From Marsupella aquatica (taxonomy: Eukaryota > Plantae > Marchantiophyta): DNA of 64,000 nt. Under the pieces are notes generated by a model. The model saw only the letters and a list, made by a program, of their open reading frames with translations. It ran no database searches and had not been told where the DNA came from. The DNA lies in NCBI GenBank assembly GCA_973895155.1, contig OZ316896.1, positions 8,267,539-8,331,538 of the forward strand, written 5' to 3'. The number at the start of each line of letters is the position of its first letter. Position 1 is the first letter of the stretch. The translations under genes were made by a program, and so were the position numbers. Below are positions 37,340 through 50,661 of this stretch, piece after piece.

Positions 37340-38635
37340 CCCTGGGCCCTCACTCTTCCTATATTAAGTGAACCCCCCTGAGAACAGACACCCCCCGTGT
37401 ACCCCTTCTTAATATTTTTGTTCACAAAAAAAAATCCCTTGTTAATGTAAAAACATTATTTTTTCCTATAAAAATTTATCCTTTTGTAAATTATAACAAA
37501 GTTTTTCAAGGAATTAAAAAAACCCTTGAATTTTTAAAAATTGTAAATATCATACTGAAACATAAAAGATTCTATTTTGCATAGGGGAATATTATGTTAC
37601 GCTGATGTTCACGGTACATATTTTATGTAGATCATAACAAAATTAATACTAAAGATTTATAGTTCTTCCTAGAGTATATGACTATAACTCAGGCAACTTG
37701 TAGACCTCATAGAGATAAACTGAACTAGTACAAAGGCATTATTATGCTATGCTATATCCTTGGTCCTGGAGGAATAATTGCATATATACTACTTATGTAA
37801 ACTCCAATTGCTAAATTATTCTATCTTGACTAAGAATGGTATGACATCAACCATTAACACCAAATGATAAGTAGAGTTTTTGGCAACTTCTTTCATGCAA
37901 CTTGACACATCAAACCACACATTAATCATATATATTCTAGACACAAAGTACTAATAATACAAAAAATGACTACTGAAATTTGTGGAGAGTAATACCATCA
38001 AATCTCCTTTGGCTGAAATTGTTACTTAGACATGGTGGGTAATTTTCCTGCCATATCTGCAATCAAACAACTGTGAGCACCGGGTACCCCCCCAACCCAA
38101 TGATCAAGGGAGTACACCACCCCACACACAAACACACCTGGCCTCATACCTGGCCATTTGATTCGAGGGAATTCAAAAGTAATCTTGTTTGTCTATGTGG
38201 GATTGATTCATGGGTCCCCATCAATCCCATAACCCAAACGAGTTGGGCCCCAAAATCCTGACCCAACATTTACTTAACTCTCAACTTAACACATGCGGGT
38301 AAACAAGTCTACCATGCAAGCCCATGAAACCAAACTTGCCTTAAGAGGATAAATAATTAAATGTCTGATTTACTATATGGACATGTGTGCCAATGAAGTG
38401 ATGACATGTGTGCCAACCATATAGTGACACGTGTCCTTGGCATTTTAGGCACCCTTGCATAAGATTAATGTGACATGTATTTGATAAGAGCCTTATTACT
38501 AATATTGTGATGAATGTATATACATGGATGTTGCCTACTTTAAAAAATATTATAAAAATTAGTTTGCATTACATTAAAAATTACCTTGCGTTGTTCGCAC
38601 GTCCTCCCTGCATTAGTAACGCTGAGGGCCCAGGG
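37340..38635. mobile_element. Non-autonomous TIR DNA transposon (1296 bp), 13-bp perfect TIR, 8-bp TSD
   Basis: CCCTGGGCCCTCA ... TGAGGGCCCAGGG flanked by ATGCAAAC (37332-37339, 38636-38643); AT-rich non-coding interior; interrupts the LINE ORF1 zinc knuckle. Confidence 0.93.
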
Positions 38636-39510
38636 ATGCAAACAAAGGGGCCACATAGCTCGATACTGCCCACTTAAAAATAAAAACGACAAAGTCGGTG
38701 GGGATAGCAGAGGAGCAACCAAACAAACTACTAATAACACACAGAAGTCAAGAATAGATGCAGACGGATTTCAGACAGTGGAGGGACCACACGGAACAAA
38801 CACATATTTGCTACGCCGGGAGGAAGAACTAGGCTCTAAGCCTAATCCAAATCCTTTCGAAGTGCTAGCAGGTCTAGAAGAGAGAGAGAACGCAACAAGT
38901 CAGGAAAACAAGGAGAGACAACAATCTGAGAAGGAGCCGAAGGGAGATAAGGAGGTGGTCACTCAATGGGTAATAGGGGATCCCGCCTCACAAATTGGAG
39001 ATCTAGGGGAGGAATCAACTCCTAGGGGCGAGCATCAAGTGGAGGCACAGACTACACCAACCAAATCCAAGGGTAATCCCGAACCTGACTACATGGAACT
39101 AGAATTACAGAAGAATGCCCGAAAAGCTATTGGCTCACCATCTAGATTGAGCATTAGCGGACACAACAATCTTGTGATGCCAACAAACAAAGCTAGGCAA
39201 GCGCAAAAGAAGAAACGAATTGAACCACTGGTGAGTCAAGAACCTGCCTTTGCATCTGATAAATGAATGGCAAAAATAGTCCCAGAAGAACACCTTTCCA
39301 TTAGCAACACTATCAGTGGTAAGTCTGCTCCAAGGAATACAATCTTTGGGCTTGTTGGACAACATTGTGGAGTGGACTCCATTGCAGTAATAACAAGCCC
39401 CAAGACACCCACGGAGGCCACTCACCTGGGGGAAAGGAGAACAGCGGCAAAGCAAGCAACAAATCTGAGATTCACAACCAATTTGCGAAACAAAACAACA
39501 AAGGATGCAG

Positions 39511-41150
39511 ATGATTGACGGACTTACAGTAACCAACGTACTGGAACGTAAGGGGATTATGTGACCCTACCCGATTGACGCAAGTCAAGAAGTGGATCGC
39601 CAAATTTAAGTTGCAATCGGCAATTATTTGCTTACAGGAACTGGGAAGGAGAAAACAGAGTTCATCTTGAGAAACATCAACCCAGAGGGTACTAATACGG
39701 CTGATCACTCTAGCGAAGGGAAAGTGGGAGCCGCTATTCTCGTACCTAAGAACCTCAAGGTGATGCAATCAGGGACGAAAGGTGATGGCTCATTTGCATG
39801 GGCTGAAGTTGACACTTGCAATGGTCCAATCAAGGTTGGATCGATCTATGCACCAAATCAAAGAAAGGAGACTACCGCACTGTGGAAGTGGCTAACCAGA
39901 CTAGACCTAGGGGAGAACTGGGTTTCCAGTGGAGATTGGAATATGGTCGAATTGTGGGACGACGCGAGGGGACCAAGGGGTTACGAATGAGAGACGGAAG
40001 CAGTTTGTGCTACCAGCTATTTGCAGACGATACCGGTCTATTCTTGGAAGCAACAAAAGAGGAATTCAAAGTGGCCACTAGAGTCATCAATAGATTTGAG
40101 CACATCTCTGGGGCACGCCTAACCGTAAGGAAATCTCTGATCCTACCCATTTACTTTGAGAATAATCAATACTCGAATTGGCTGCAGGGAACTGGCTGCA
40201 GAGTTTCCCTGGAAGGAGAGATCCATGAATACCTAGGATGTCCAGTCGGATATAAGATCAGACCCGCACACAAAGCAGGCTTCATGATCACCAAACTCAG
40301 GAAGTGGCTGCACTCTTGGTCCAATCATTACTTATCCATGGCAGGAAGAATGATTCTACTCAAACATGTGCTGATATTCCTACTTACCATCTCATGATTT
40401 TGGCACTATTCCAATCGGGATACCAGGAACTGGAGAAAATCTGCCGCCGTTTTCTTTGGGGCTACAATAAGGAAGGTGGATTCAAGAAATCCTTAGTGGC
40501 TTTGATTACTAAACCTAAACAGGACGGAGGGCTGGGGATCCTCCCATTTGACAAGCAGTCCGAAGCACTCCAAATGCGGCACGTCTCGCGTCTGATCGTG
40601 GGAGAAAGGAAGGAATGGACCAGTATGGTACAAGACATCATCTTAATGAGCTCCAAATCTAGGCCACGTAAGAGAGAGCTTAAGAATTGGTCCTACTCTG
40701 AAATCATTTTACTGAACCCATCTATCGTGGTGAAGGGATCACCAACCACTCGAAACCTACTGAAAGGATGGCAAGGAAACCACAGACGACTTGAGTTCAA
40801 TTTTGGAACTTACCCTCTGCCCGCCCATCTGACCATTGAATAGACGTTGATTCTGTACTTTAGTGGCAGGAACGATATTGAGGGAATGAAAATTGATCTT
40901 AGAAGGTTTTTAATTAGCCAACAGAAGCATTAAGAAACTGGTTGACTTAACTAGTGACGGGAACACATGGAGAGATAAACAGGAAATCACTGCTCGAACT
41001 AGAAGTAACAGACAGATTGGAGTCAGAGAATTCAGTGAGTTCTTCGACAAGCTCAAATCTGGAGGGCTACCAACAGATTGGACATACATCGCTGCAGGAA
41101 CTGGCAGTGGGAGTGGAGACCTCGGGTGAAAAAATGGTGGGTTTGCAGAG
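39511..41150 (+). pseudogene. LINE ORF2 remnants (APE endonuclease N-terminal part joined by deletion to the RT C-terminal part)
   Basis: WNVRGL..ICLQEL, SIYAPN, GDWNMVE, then directly YQLFADDTGLFL, YLGCPVG, LSMAGRMILLKHVL, CRRFLWG, KPKQDGGLGI; several frameshifts; most of the RT is missing. Confidence 0.88.
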
Positions 41151-41765
41151 TTTTCAGGGAGTAGTCAAGCAGGTTCAATTCCTAGAGTATCCAAGTGATA
41201 TGCCTAGTTTCCCGTGAATGCCGTCATTGGTTGCCACGTCGTTGGTTCCCGTGAATGCCGTCATTTCCAGGGCCAGGGTGAGTTCCCAAGGCATTATTGG
41301 TGCCGCTGGCCTGATTAAGTTTCCCTCGGGCTGTTTTTGTTCTGGTTTGGGTGGCCGTTGCCCCCTGCCTGCTATAAAGCGTTCTCTTTATTTAAAAAAT
41401 AAATAATTAATTAAAAAAAGGTTTGTTTTCAATGAGATATGTCATGTAAACCCAACTTATAACTACATTGTCACTAAAGATGTTTGAATTTACAATACTG
41501 TCATTATTTTTTTCATATTTACAAAATTGTCACCATATACAAAATAATGATATTTTTATAAATACAAAAAAACCAGTGACAGTATTATGAATTAGAATAT
41601 CTTTAGTGGCAAAGTAATCCAAAGCTGATCCTGTAAAAAGGGCTTATGTGTCAACATGAGGGAACCAAAAAATGAACAGAAGCCCACACTACCTTAAATC
41701 ACCAATCACCACTAGCCATACCAAAAACGTGGTTACACCACTTTTCACCATAACTAGTATCCTCT

Positions 41766-41836
41766 ACTGAATTTGTGGGGCAACATGGTACTGAATTTGT
41801 GAGGCAATATGGTACTGAATTTGTGGAGCAATATGG
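41766..41836. repeat. 24-bp minisatellite, 3 copies
   Basis: tactgaatttgtg..gcaa.atgg repeated three times. Confidence 0.8.
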
Positions 41837-42351
41837 AATGGGAGAGGACGAGAATGAGAGTAAAATGAAAAATGGAAAAATACTGGACAATTCCCTTTTA
41901 TATGGCTAGTGGAAGTTTAACTCTCTGATCCAAAAACTCTTTTTAGTGTTACATTCTTATTACAAAGAGAAAACAAAATCACGAACGGCATCAAATTGGT
42001 ACTGCATTCGAATCAGTCGTCTGCTGCTGCTGACTATCCAAAATAATGCCGAAAGAGCAGTCTCTGGTCCACAATTCTGTCTCCACGGTGTTCATGCCAA
42101 GACGATGGCTCGAATCATCGCAATATGGAGTATTAGGACCCCTGGAATGTGATGGAGGGACGCTCGGCTTGGTCTCGGCTTGGCTGGGCAAAGCTGTCGA
42201 GAAGAAACGGGTGTGTGAGCCATCGAAGCAATGCCATGAAGGAAGGGTTATGAGATACTGCTGTGTAGCGCGAATCGGACTTGCTGTCCAGCCAGTTTGG
42301 TCGGTGTGACTTCCTTCGATCTTCCTCGATAGCTCAAGGAGATTTTGCGCA

Positions 42352-45300
42352 ATGGCTTCCCCTCCCCATTTTGTCGACGAAGTTGACCCCATGCAGCACG
42401 CTAGTGAACCGCTGCTCATTGTCTCTGGTCAAAATGACATTCCGATTTCGGAATCAGAGCAACCTTCTTCCAGTGCTGCGAGTCCTCCTGCTCCTGCTCC
42501 TGCCTCTTCAACTTCTCCTCCTTGTGTCCCTGCCTCTGCCTCGCGCAAGCTTCCACCTGTTCCCAAGTTTTTGCCTGAGAACTCTTCCGAAGAAGGAGGC
42601 CCTTCTTCTTCATCATCTGCTGCTCTCGTGCGACAGCTTCCGCCTGTTCCCAAATTCAGTGCTGACAACTCTTCAATGGGACCTCCGCCTTCGAAATCCA
42701 GTTCCCCAAGCTCTCGTGGAAGCGTGGGACCTCCCCCTGTCCCTAAATTCCACAGTTTGGCGATGGGTCCGCCCAAGGTGTCTCCTAACTCAAAATCGTC
42801 ATCAGACAAGCTCTCCGAGAGCGTGGAGCCGTCACGTTCTGAAGACGAGAGCGGTAAGGCAGTGGAACTATCAATTGCGGGAGGTGGCGATGATGCTCCT
42901 GCTGCACAGGGGAATGGTATGTCTGCGGTCGAAGGAACCAGCAGGTTATCGTTGGCTGTAGAGGGAAACGAGAGACAACTTCACCTAGCTGGTGCTAACT
43001 CCGGATCCAGTTCCGGCCAATTACCTTACTTAAAACCTTCATGGAGTGCAGCCCCGGGTCAACCCTACACTTTGGAGATTCTTAAGGAGGGTAACATTCT
43101 GGGAGTCGAAGACGTGTAAGTTACGCTCTGATTTTGTTGTTCTTATTGTAATATTGATGACCTAGAAATTGTGAAGACCTTCAGTATGATCCCGGTGCTT
43201 GCATCCCCGTTGTCCATCCCTCCAGAATTCTCCACAATGCGCTCTTCGTCTCGTTTGTGTTACGTTGACCTAGTAGCCAGGACAAATGTTTGATGCAATG
43301 CACAAGGATGCAGAGTAATTTATCACAGCTCATATGCAACAGGCTTCCAAGTCATGAACAGCCTTAAACGTTCTCATTAGAATATTTGTCCGGAGGACAT
43401 TACTTAGCTTATACGATTGGTTTGATCTGGTTAGACTCATCATTTTGGAGGGATGTCATTCGCTGCACTGCATTTCAGTTATTCCCGTGGCTGATGAGTA
43501 GGTCCTTTCTTGATGACAGCCTGCGGTTGAGATCTGGTTGAGTTTCACATTACTTTCATCTGTACTCTTTCTTGCAACTCTCCTTAGGCACGCGGGTGGG
43601 CGTCTACCGGGATGTTGAAACCTCTCCTTTTTCATGTTACAGCAATGATTACATATACCATAACTGGCTTCGACTGCAGGTCAAAGAAGGGAGCATACAT
43701 GTTTGGAAGGAGTGATCGATGTGACTTTGTCCTCGAGCATCCCACAGTTTCTCGGTATCATGCAGGCATGACTAATACCCAATTTCTTTCAGGAGCTTGT
43801 AGGAGTTGCATAGTTTGAGGTTCATTCCCTTAACCATGGTCTGCTTTTGATTTTTCATCGGAAAAACTACTCAGGATTCTCGTTCTGGATCTATCGTTGC
43901 TCGTGTTGATAAATTCATTAGGAGACTGCTAAAAGAGATAGAGCAAACTTCTATGAAGACTCTAGTCTACCCATGTATCGCTTTCCTTGCCGTTGCCTTA
44001 TTCTGTTTCATCACCTTTTTGGCACTTCTGCCACCTTCAACGGTCGGTCCACTAGAGGATCTGAGGAAACCCTACGTTCATATTTCAGTTTTTTACTGTC
44101 TGTCTTCTGAATGTTAGTAGGAAATGAATTGTTTTGAAAGATTTTATCATGAATTTGTGGGTGTCTTTAAACTTGAACGAGAACCAACTTACATGGATGT
44201 CTAAATTCCCTACGTATCTATGGTGTCATGTTACAGTGTTACAGTATAGCTCAAAGGGGGACTCGTTTCTTTATGACCTAGGCAGTACTCATGGCACTTT
44301 TGTCAACAAACTTCAGGTATCATTCGTGTAGAGCGTTCATCAGGTATTTGTCATGGTTTTGTCATACCTTATTCATAAGGCCACAAGATTTATTCGTTGG
44401 TTCCTGCTCTGAACCCTCTGAATTAATATGTCTGTAAGGGCAACAGTTTCTGACCTACCTGTTTTGCTATATCTATTGATTTGCATTCTTGGGCTTTAAT
44501 ATCTGCTGACAGGTCTAAACAGCATAATGGTGTACATGTCAACCTCACAGGTGAAAGGAAGAGAATACGTGCCATTGCATGTGGGTGACATATTACGCTT
44601 TGGATTGTAAGTCTCTTTTCAGCCCTGCGCAACCCGCATCAACAACATTGGACTTGCTGTCATAGGAAGTTTTTGTTCTCTTTTGTGGTGGAGGAATGTT
44701 GGCTCTTCATGACCCCGGAAAGAAAACTTCAACCTCTTATTCAACCTTGTTAGAGTCTTCCCATGGTTCAGATAGTCTGTGCGATGGCGTACTATTGTAT
44801 TACATAGAATGCTATCGGTTTAAAGGGAATCGAACTCTTCAGAACTACGGAAGGATCGCATCGATTTGTGTTTGCATTATTGAATTTTTTGTCTGTCGTA
44901 ATGTGCTGGTGCCATTACCTGGTGGTTGGGTGGGAACAGTTCGTCTCGTTTGCATCTGTTCCAAGGGCCTCAGGAACTGATGCCAGAGGTAATCACTGGT
45001 CCCACATTTGAGCTTGACAATTTGTTGGGTACCTTGGTCTCTACAGTCATCAAATTGGGCTCGATGGATGAACTTAATAACTCTTTGGCCATTCTTCGTT
45101 GAAGTACTGTTCCTATGACCGTTACACTTTATATTTTTGTTAGGTCTTCTGTGGTGCCTTACAGGTAATTTCACTTCTGACAGGCACCTTTTAGGACTCG
45201 CAGCAGAATTTATAGTGGTATGTTGAAAGTCGCAGTTAGATGGAACTTGGGGATAGACTTCCAGGTAGCTGACATGACGACAAGAATTTTTTCAGGTTCC

Positions 45301-48300
45301 TTTCATTTGACTTGATTTGTTCTTATCTAATTATGTGGTTGTCGCAGGAAGGATTGACCAAAAAAGAACGTCAGGCACAACGACTGGTTGAAGCTGCCCA
45401 GGATAGATCGATCAGAGAAGCCTCGCTCATTCGTGGGAAGAGGGATAGTATGGCCTCTGATGGTATATCTTGGGGAATGCAAGAAGATGCTGAGGAAGAG
45501 GCGGAGGTATTACTACTTATTTCCTTGAGGTCGAATTTGTGGGATTTAAAAATTAACTTTAGCTAGTTCAGAAAATTCTCATTCGAAGGTTGTATCGTAC
45601 CCTCTTGCCTGATATTATGGCCCTCAATCCTTGAACTGTATGATTTACCATGAACATACCCTAGTGCATCGCCTACTTTGCGTAAATTAGTCTGTGGGAG
45701 CGATCGCATTACTGAAATTTTAGCCCCTTATACTTTAATCTTCTTCAAGTCTCATTGTCCTTTCGAAATGTCTTTATTTACTTTATCCATTTCATGCAAC
45801 AGGAGAATGTGGAAGAGGTTACATGGCAGACTTTCAAAGGCGAACTGACAGAGAAGCAACAAAAAACACTTGGCAAGATACATAAGTACAACGAAAAGGT
45901 ATTTGCACCAGTTTTCGGTCTCACATACAATGGTTTTCAGCCCTGGATAAGTCGTTGTAGATGTCTCCTACAGACAAGATGCTGTTCTCATTTGCGAGAA
46001 GCTTGTCCAACAAATGGTTTACTTCGCTTACAGCTTTCAAATCTGAGAAAGGAGAATGATGCTATACAAGCCAAGGAAATTTCTCAAGGGGGCCTAACGC
46101 AAGGTCAGCAGACGCAAGTTGCCCGAAATGACCAACGAATGGAGCAGGTTTAACCACACCTCCATATTTTTGTGAAGCATCAAATCAAAGATACAATCTG
46201 AGAATGTTTTCAGTGACTTCGATTCACCTGAAACTCTATGAGGGCGTGGATCGATGGTCGTTTGCAACAGTTCTTCTTTGCTTTGTCACTCACCATCTTT
46301 GGTGTCATCTTGAAGCTTGTGGAGGAGGTGGAAAATTTGGAAGAGACTCTGAATGACAGTATCCAGGAGAGCATCAGTGGTCGAGCAGGTTTGAAAAGGA
46401 GGGGAAAGAAGAATTCTGTCGATGATGATGAGGAGGATGATCTCAGGTAGAGAGGCATCAATCAGATCTGACTTACTTGTTTGTTTAGTGAAGAAAACAG
46501 ATGTGATGCTTGGATTCTCAGTTCCACCTACAAGTCACAGAATGATGGATTGCTTAGGTTTCGGAAGTTTTGTACATAATATAAAGGTGAAGGTAGAGAT
46601 GCAATGACCCTGCAGATCGTGTTCATGAGACATCAGTCGATCCGATGCCAATATAACAAATCTTATCGATAGATGCCTTAAGGTGGATGTGGTAAGCTTT
46701 GCTGATTCGACCTGCTCAATACTGATAGGACATTCCCCTGGACCGCTTTGCAGTGACGACGATGAGTTCTATGATCGTGCTAGTAAAGGGCAACCACGAA
46801 AGAAGAAAGAAGTTGTCCAAAAAGTGGAGACTGCTGACTCACTCCTCGATCAAAAAGCTGCACTTACAATAGAGATCGAAAACCTGCGTGAAGCAATTAA
46901 AGCAGAGGAGAAAACTTCAAGCTTGTCTCAGGAAGGAGAGGTGGCAAAGATGGAGGTGGAAACTGAAGATCCCCTAGATCAATTTATGACGCATCTGTCT
47001 TCAACCATTGGTAAGGCTCCTTCATTGTGTCGTTTCAGTGCTGCCTACCCCTGCAGGGAATTTCTATTATCAAAATCTGGGCATCTGCCGGCCTGAGGTC
47101 CTCCCCATCTCCGACTACATCTAGGAATAATGCAAAAGATGGAATTTTTGTTTGACGAGTCCGTGTCTAGTTTGTCAGTAGCTTTCACGATGTACAACAT
47201 TTCAAAAGGACAATCGGAATGGCCGAGTTTAGTGGGAATTGTCATTTCTCTTGAAATATCGCTGGTCCCAGTACTCTTAATAGGATGTTTTACTGTACCT
47301 GTCCAAAACGAGACAACCGATTAGCTGGAGATCAATGTTGTAGAGGGATGCGTACCTCGGTATCAATGTAGACACGAGCAATCTGACGGGTATAATTCCG
47401 GTCCTAAATGTGTTGTATTTTGTATGAGTTACCCGTGCAAGTTGCACAACTGACTTTCCCATTTACTTCATGCCGCCAAAGAATGCCACTTTTCAGGATC
47501 TCAAACTCAAGGCAAACAGTGCGTTCTCTTGTAAACTGCGCCTATGGAATATGTACTCAGTCTCGTGGAACCGACATCATGGAGTTTCGAAGGATGCACA
47601 TTTAAACGTTCCCATGAAGCCAGGTCAGTATGCTAGTCCGCAATGCTGAATTTAATAATCTTTTGGTCTATGGGATTGCAGTGCAAGATAAAGCCTCCCA
47701 TCTCCAGAAAGAGTTGGACTCCTTGAGTAAGGAACTGGGCCGAGTTGAGCGTCTTCTCAAGCTTGCAGATCCGACCGGCGAAAGCTTAAAGAAGTGGGAA
47801 CTTAAGAAAAGCGTTGAGGGCAACCAGGAGGCTGAAATTCGGAAGAGGGAACTAAAAAGGATATTTCCAAGCGAAAAGGATGCTCAGGACCTTGCTACAT
47901 CCGTTATGGATGTCAAAACCGATCAGATTGGTGGGCAGGTGGGAACAGGGGATGATGGAGATCTAAAGGCCAATGACAATGCTGATAATAGTGCTGCATC
48001 CGAAGAAGACACAACTGTGTTGCCTGGTTTAGAGGCGCCCCTTAGGCTCGGGGCTCCCATGCCTGAGGCTTCAGAGGAAGTTAAGCCGGAGGTTAGTGCC
48101 AAAGTTAATGAAGAAGCAGGTAACTTTGTAACGTACAAGGAGAGGAAATCCGCTATTGGTAGTAATGGTGGGCCTCAGACATCAGACGTACAAGTTGTCG
48201 CGGTGAAGGATGAAGGACAGCGTTCAATGGAGACGGAAGAAGATGTATCCCCTGTGGATCTGCATGTGGCCGATTCTGTAGCCCTACTGCTTAGGCAAAA

Positions 48301-48801
48301 AAGAGGCTTAGTGCCGGAGGAGTCTGATGTCTTTCAGAGTACACAACAGAAAATTCCCGTTGCCGGTGTCGACGATAGACACCGCTCACAGCAGTCCAAG
48401 AAACGGAAGAAGCAAGGGCCTTCAAAGATGCCGCATTCTGCTGATATTGACAGCGCTGAAGACTGGGTGCCTCCTTCAGGTAAGAAATTGAGAAGATATA
48501 TATTACAAGGGCCAGCTCCCTGTCATTGTTGCTGTTCTTCAATGCACTTGAAAGGGAATGAAGATTTTCATGATGTTGGAATCTTTCCCAAATCTCCGCT
48601 GTTAGTAGCAGTTTTCACCAAGGACATATGTCTTCCTAGTGAGGGTTGTGAATTCGTAGCCTTCAGTTTTACAGTATGTGGCCTTTCTAAGGTATTTATA
48701 TTTTGACAGTAGGTAGGTAATGACTTTTGCTTCCTTGTTTCTTTTCTGCAGGGCAAACTGGCGACGGGAGAACCGCCCTCAACGACAAGTACGGCTATTA
48801 A
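42352..48801 (+). CDS. Kanadaptin-like (SLC4A1AP homolog) FHA-domain nuclear protein; exons 42352-43115, 43680-43765, 44237-44316, 44551-44606, 44940-44988, 45348-45506, 45803-45898, 46034-46147, 46316-46446, 46754-47010, 47682-48479, 48752-48801
   Basis: PYLKPSWS..YTLEILKEG, FHA motifs FGRSDRCDFVLEHPTVSRYHA, YDLGSTHGTFVN, LHVGDILRFG; ISWGMQEDA, DDEFYDR, DPLDQFM, LLKLADP; C-terminus WVPPSGQTGDGRTALNDKYGY*. Confidence 0.92.
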
Positions 48802-50661
48802 CTGATATTGGAGCCTTGATTGTCTGTGAGACGTTTGAAGGTACGAGTACAAGGTGAAATGTACAAATGTTGGACCGTTGACGTTCGTATCCAAGAAGTG
48901 GATCCTCTTGTTAAATTATCCGTTAAAAGTACAATGCCATTCGTTGTTAAAAGTACAATGCCATTCGTTGTGGATGTGCACGGCCAAGGAAGATATTAGA
49001 CATGAGCGCACAAGCAGCTGACGCAGACTTGTATCGCAGCCATTCAGAAGGATTTATTTTGCACCCACTAATTGTCACGTTATCCGGAAAGTTTATTGGA
49101 TGCATTATCCAAGTTATTTTGCACCCAATAATAATCTCACAAATTGTCTGTCTCTGCACATTGAACGAAGCAAGACTCACTCAATCTGAGCTGTAGATGA
49201 CTATTACAACCAAGATTAACTGCAAGCTGAAAAACCACACTATGTCTCAGGACCTAGAGAGAGCAAGCGTGCTTCACATGATGATCTCTAAAATTAATGT
49301 GAATGAGCGGACGTTCAATCGACAACGATATAATTCCTTCTGTCCTCATCTATACTATCTACTCAGCCATTCTGTCCAAAGCCTTTTCATAGATTGGAGA
49401 GACTAGAGTGACTCGAAATAGAAAGCGGGAAGACATTTTAAATTATGACTGGAACCTAAATACCGGGCCCCTGAGGTGTGGTCACAATAGGCTGAATACT
49501 GTGCATTCCTGTTTTGACCAACTTCCAACAACACAGCAAACAACACATCAGAGAATATGTTTCAGCCAATAATATCCGAGACAATTATGCATTTTTGTTA
49601 ACAATCTTCTTCACTACGGTGCACACATCATGTCGATAGTAAGTGAAGCATCAATCGTTGAATCCTTCGCTGCGATATTTCCAAGAAAACAATCGAAACA
49701 TTTTGCCGATGCAAAGAATGATCCTGCGAATACAGTAAACAAGCGTAAGCTTAGCTCGTCTCATTGAACCGTTGTGAAAAGCAGTGGAATGTATAGGATC
49801 TAAGAAAGTAATCCGGATTTCTCAATCAACCGTTGTGAAAAGCAGTGGAATCTAAGAAAGTGATCCAGACTCTTCACCTCACAAGGCACTCACTGAACCG
49901 AGCAAAGCACATTTTCCGCCTGAAGCAACTCAACGAGCTCCGGCAACTGACAGGACTCTTAGGCTTTCAATTTCTAGATGGGTTTCATAGACAGACATCT
50001 GAGATATTTGTACAGCAAAGATTCTTGATGAATAAGAACACGCACTCTCACCACGACATCGAAACTGTGGATTGATCAAACGTGCAGCACGCTGGACAAT
50101 GTATATGGAAATGCAACTTGCTTCTTCGGGGTACTCCTGGGATACACTTGTGTTTCAGCCAGTATATATAGCAACGAGCTACGGCGTAATTAATTCTATC
50201 CTCCCCTCTCTGCTCCTCTTCTCTACGACTACCCGTTCATTGGAGGCTGAAGAATCCACAAGGATAGTTCTTATGTATAGATTTTGGATTCTGATAATTG
50301 CCACGAAAAACTTGCCACCTATAGCAGTCAAACTGAAAGAATTCTCATTGTATAGAGATGAATGATACATGACGTCCCAATTTACTCACCGTTCATCCTA
50401 ACTACAGGAGCTCTAAGAAAACTACAAAGAGTCGGTCAAACCCAATTCCTTGTTCCTCACATGCACATATATTGGATTTGGATCCCAAAGCAGCGGACTT
50501 AAGAGGATTGGGTATTTCTGCAAACTTCACGTGACCACACATTAATGGGAAAAGGTTCCTTTCTGCTCAGGTATCAAAATAGAAATGCTTTGAGGCTCAA
50601 GGAGAGACGATCGAAACATACCCGCTTTTGGAAAATTCCCTCATCTTTAGAATGAAGCGCA

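Larger units (their letters stand above)
29427..39518 (+). pseudogene. LINE ORF1 (DUF4283-like region + CCHC zinc knuckle), split into 29427-30156, 37075-37339 and 38644-39518
   Basis: Removing the insertions restores PWTPDFNANDMKTT|RAPVWVDLPLL and CFSCK|QRGHIARYCP (CX2CX4HX4C); small frameshift near 37310 and a stop at 39264-39266. Confidence 0.85.
29212..41417 (+). mobile_element. L1-clade LINE retrotransposon, 5'-complete but internally deleted, with two nested insertions in ORF1
   Basis: 20-bp TSD AAGGTTTGTTTTCAATGAGA (29192-29211 and 41418-41437); A-rich tail ~41394-41417; ORF1 and ORF2 motifs listed below. Confidence 0.93.

Noticed and set aside
48922-49852. Two short 24-bp direct duplications (~48922-48969 and ~49767-49850) between the convergent kanadaptin-like and SELENOF-like genes
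   Set aside because: Ordinary local slippage or repair duplications with no further structure.
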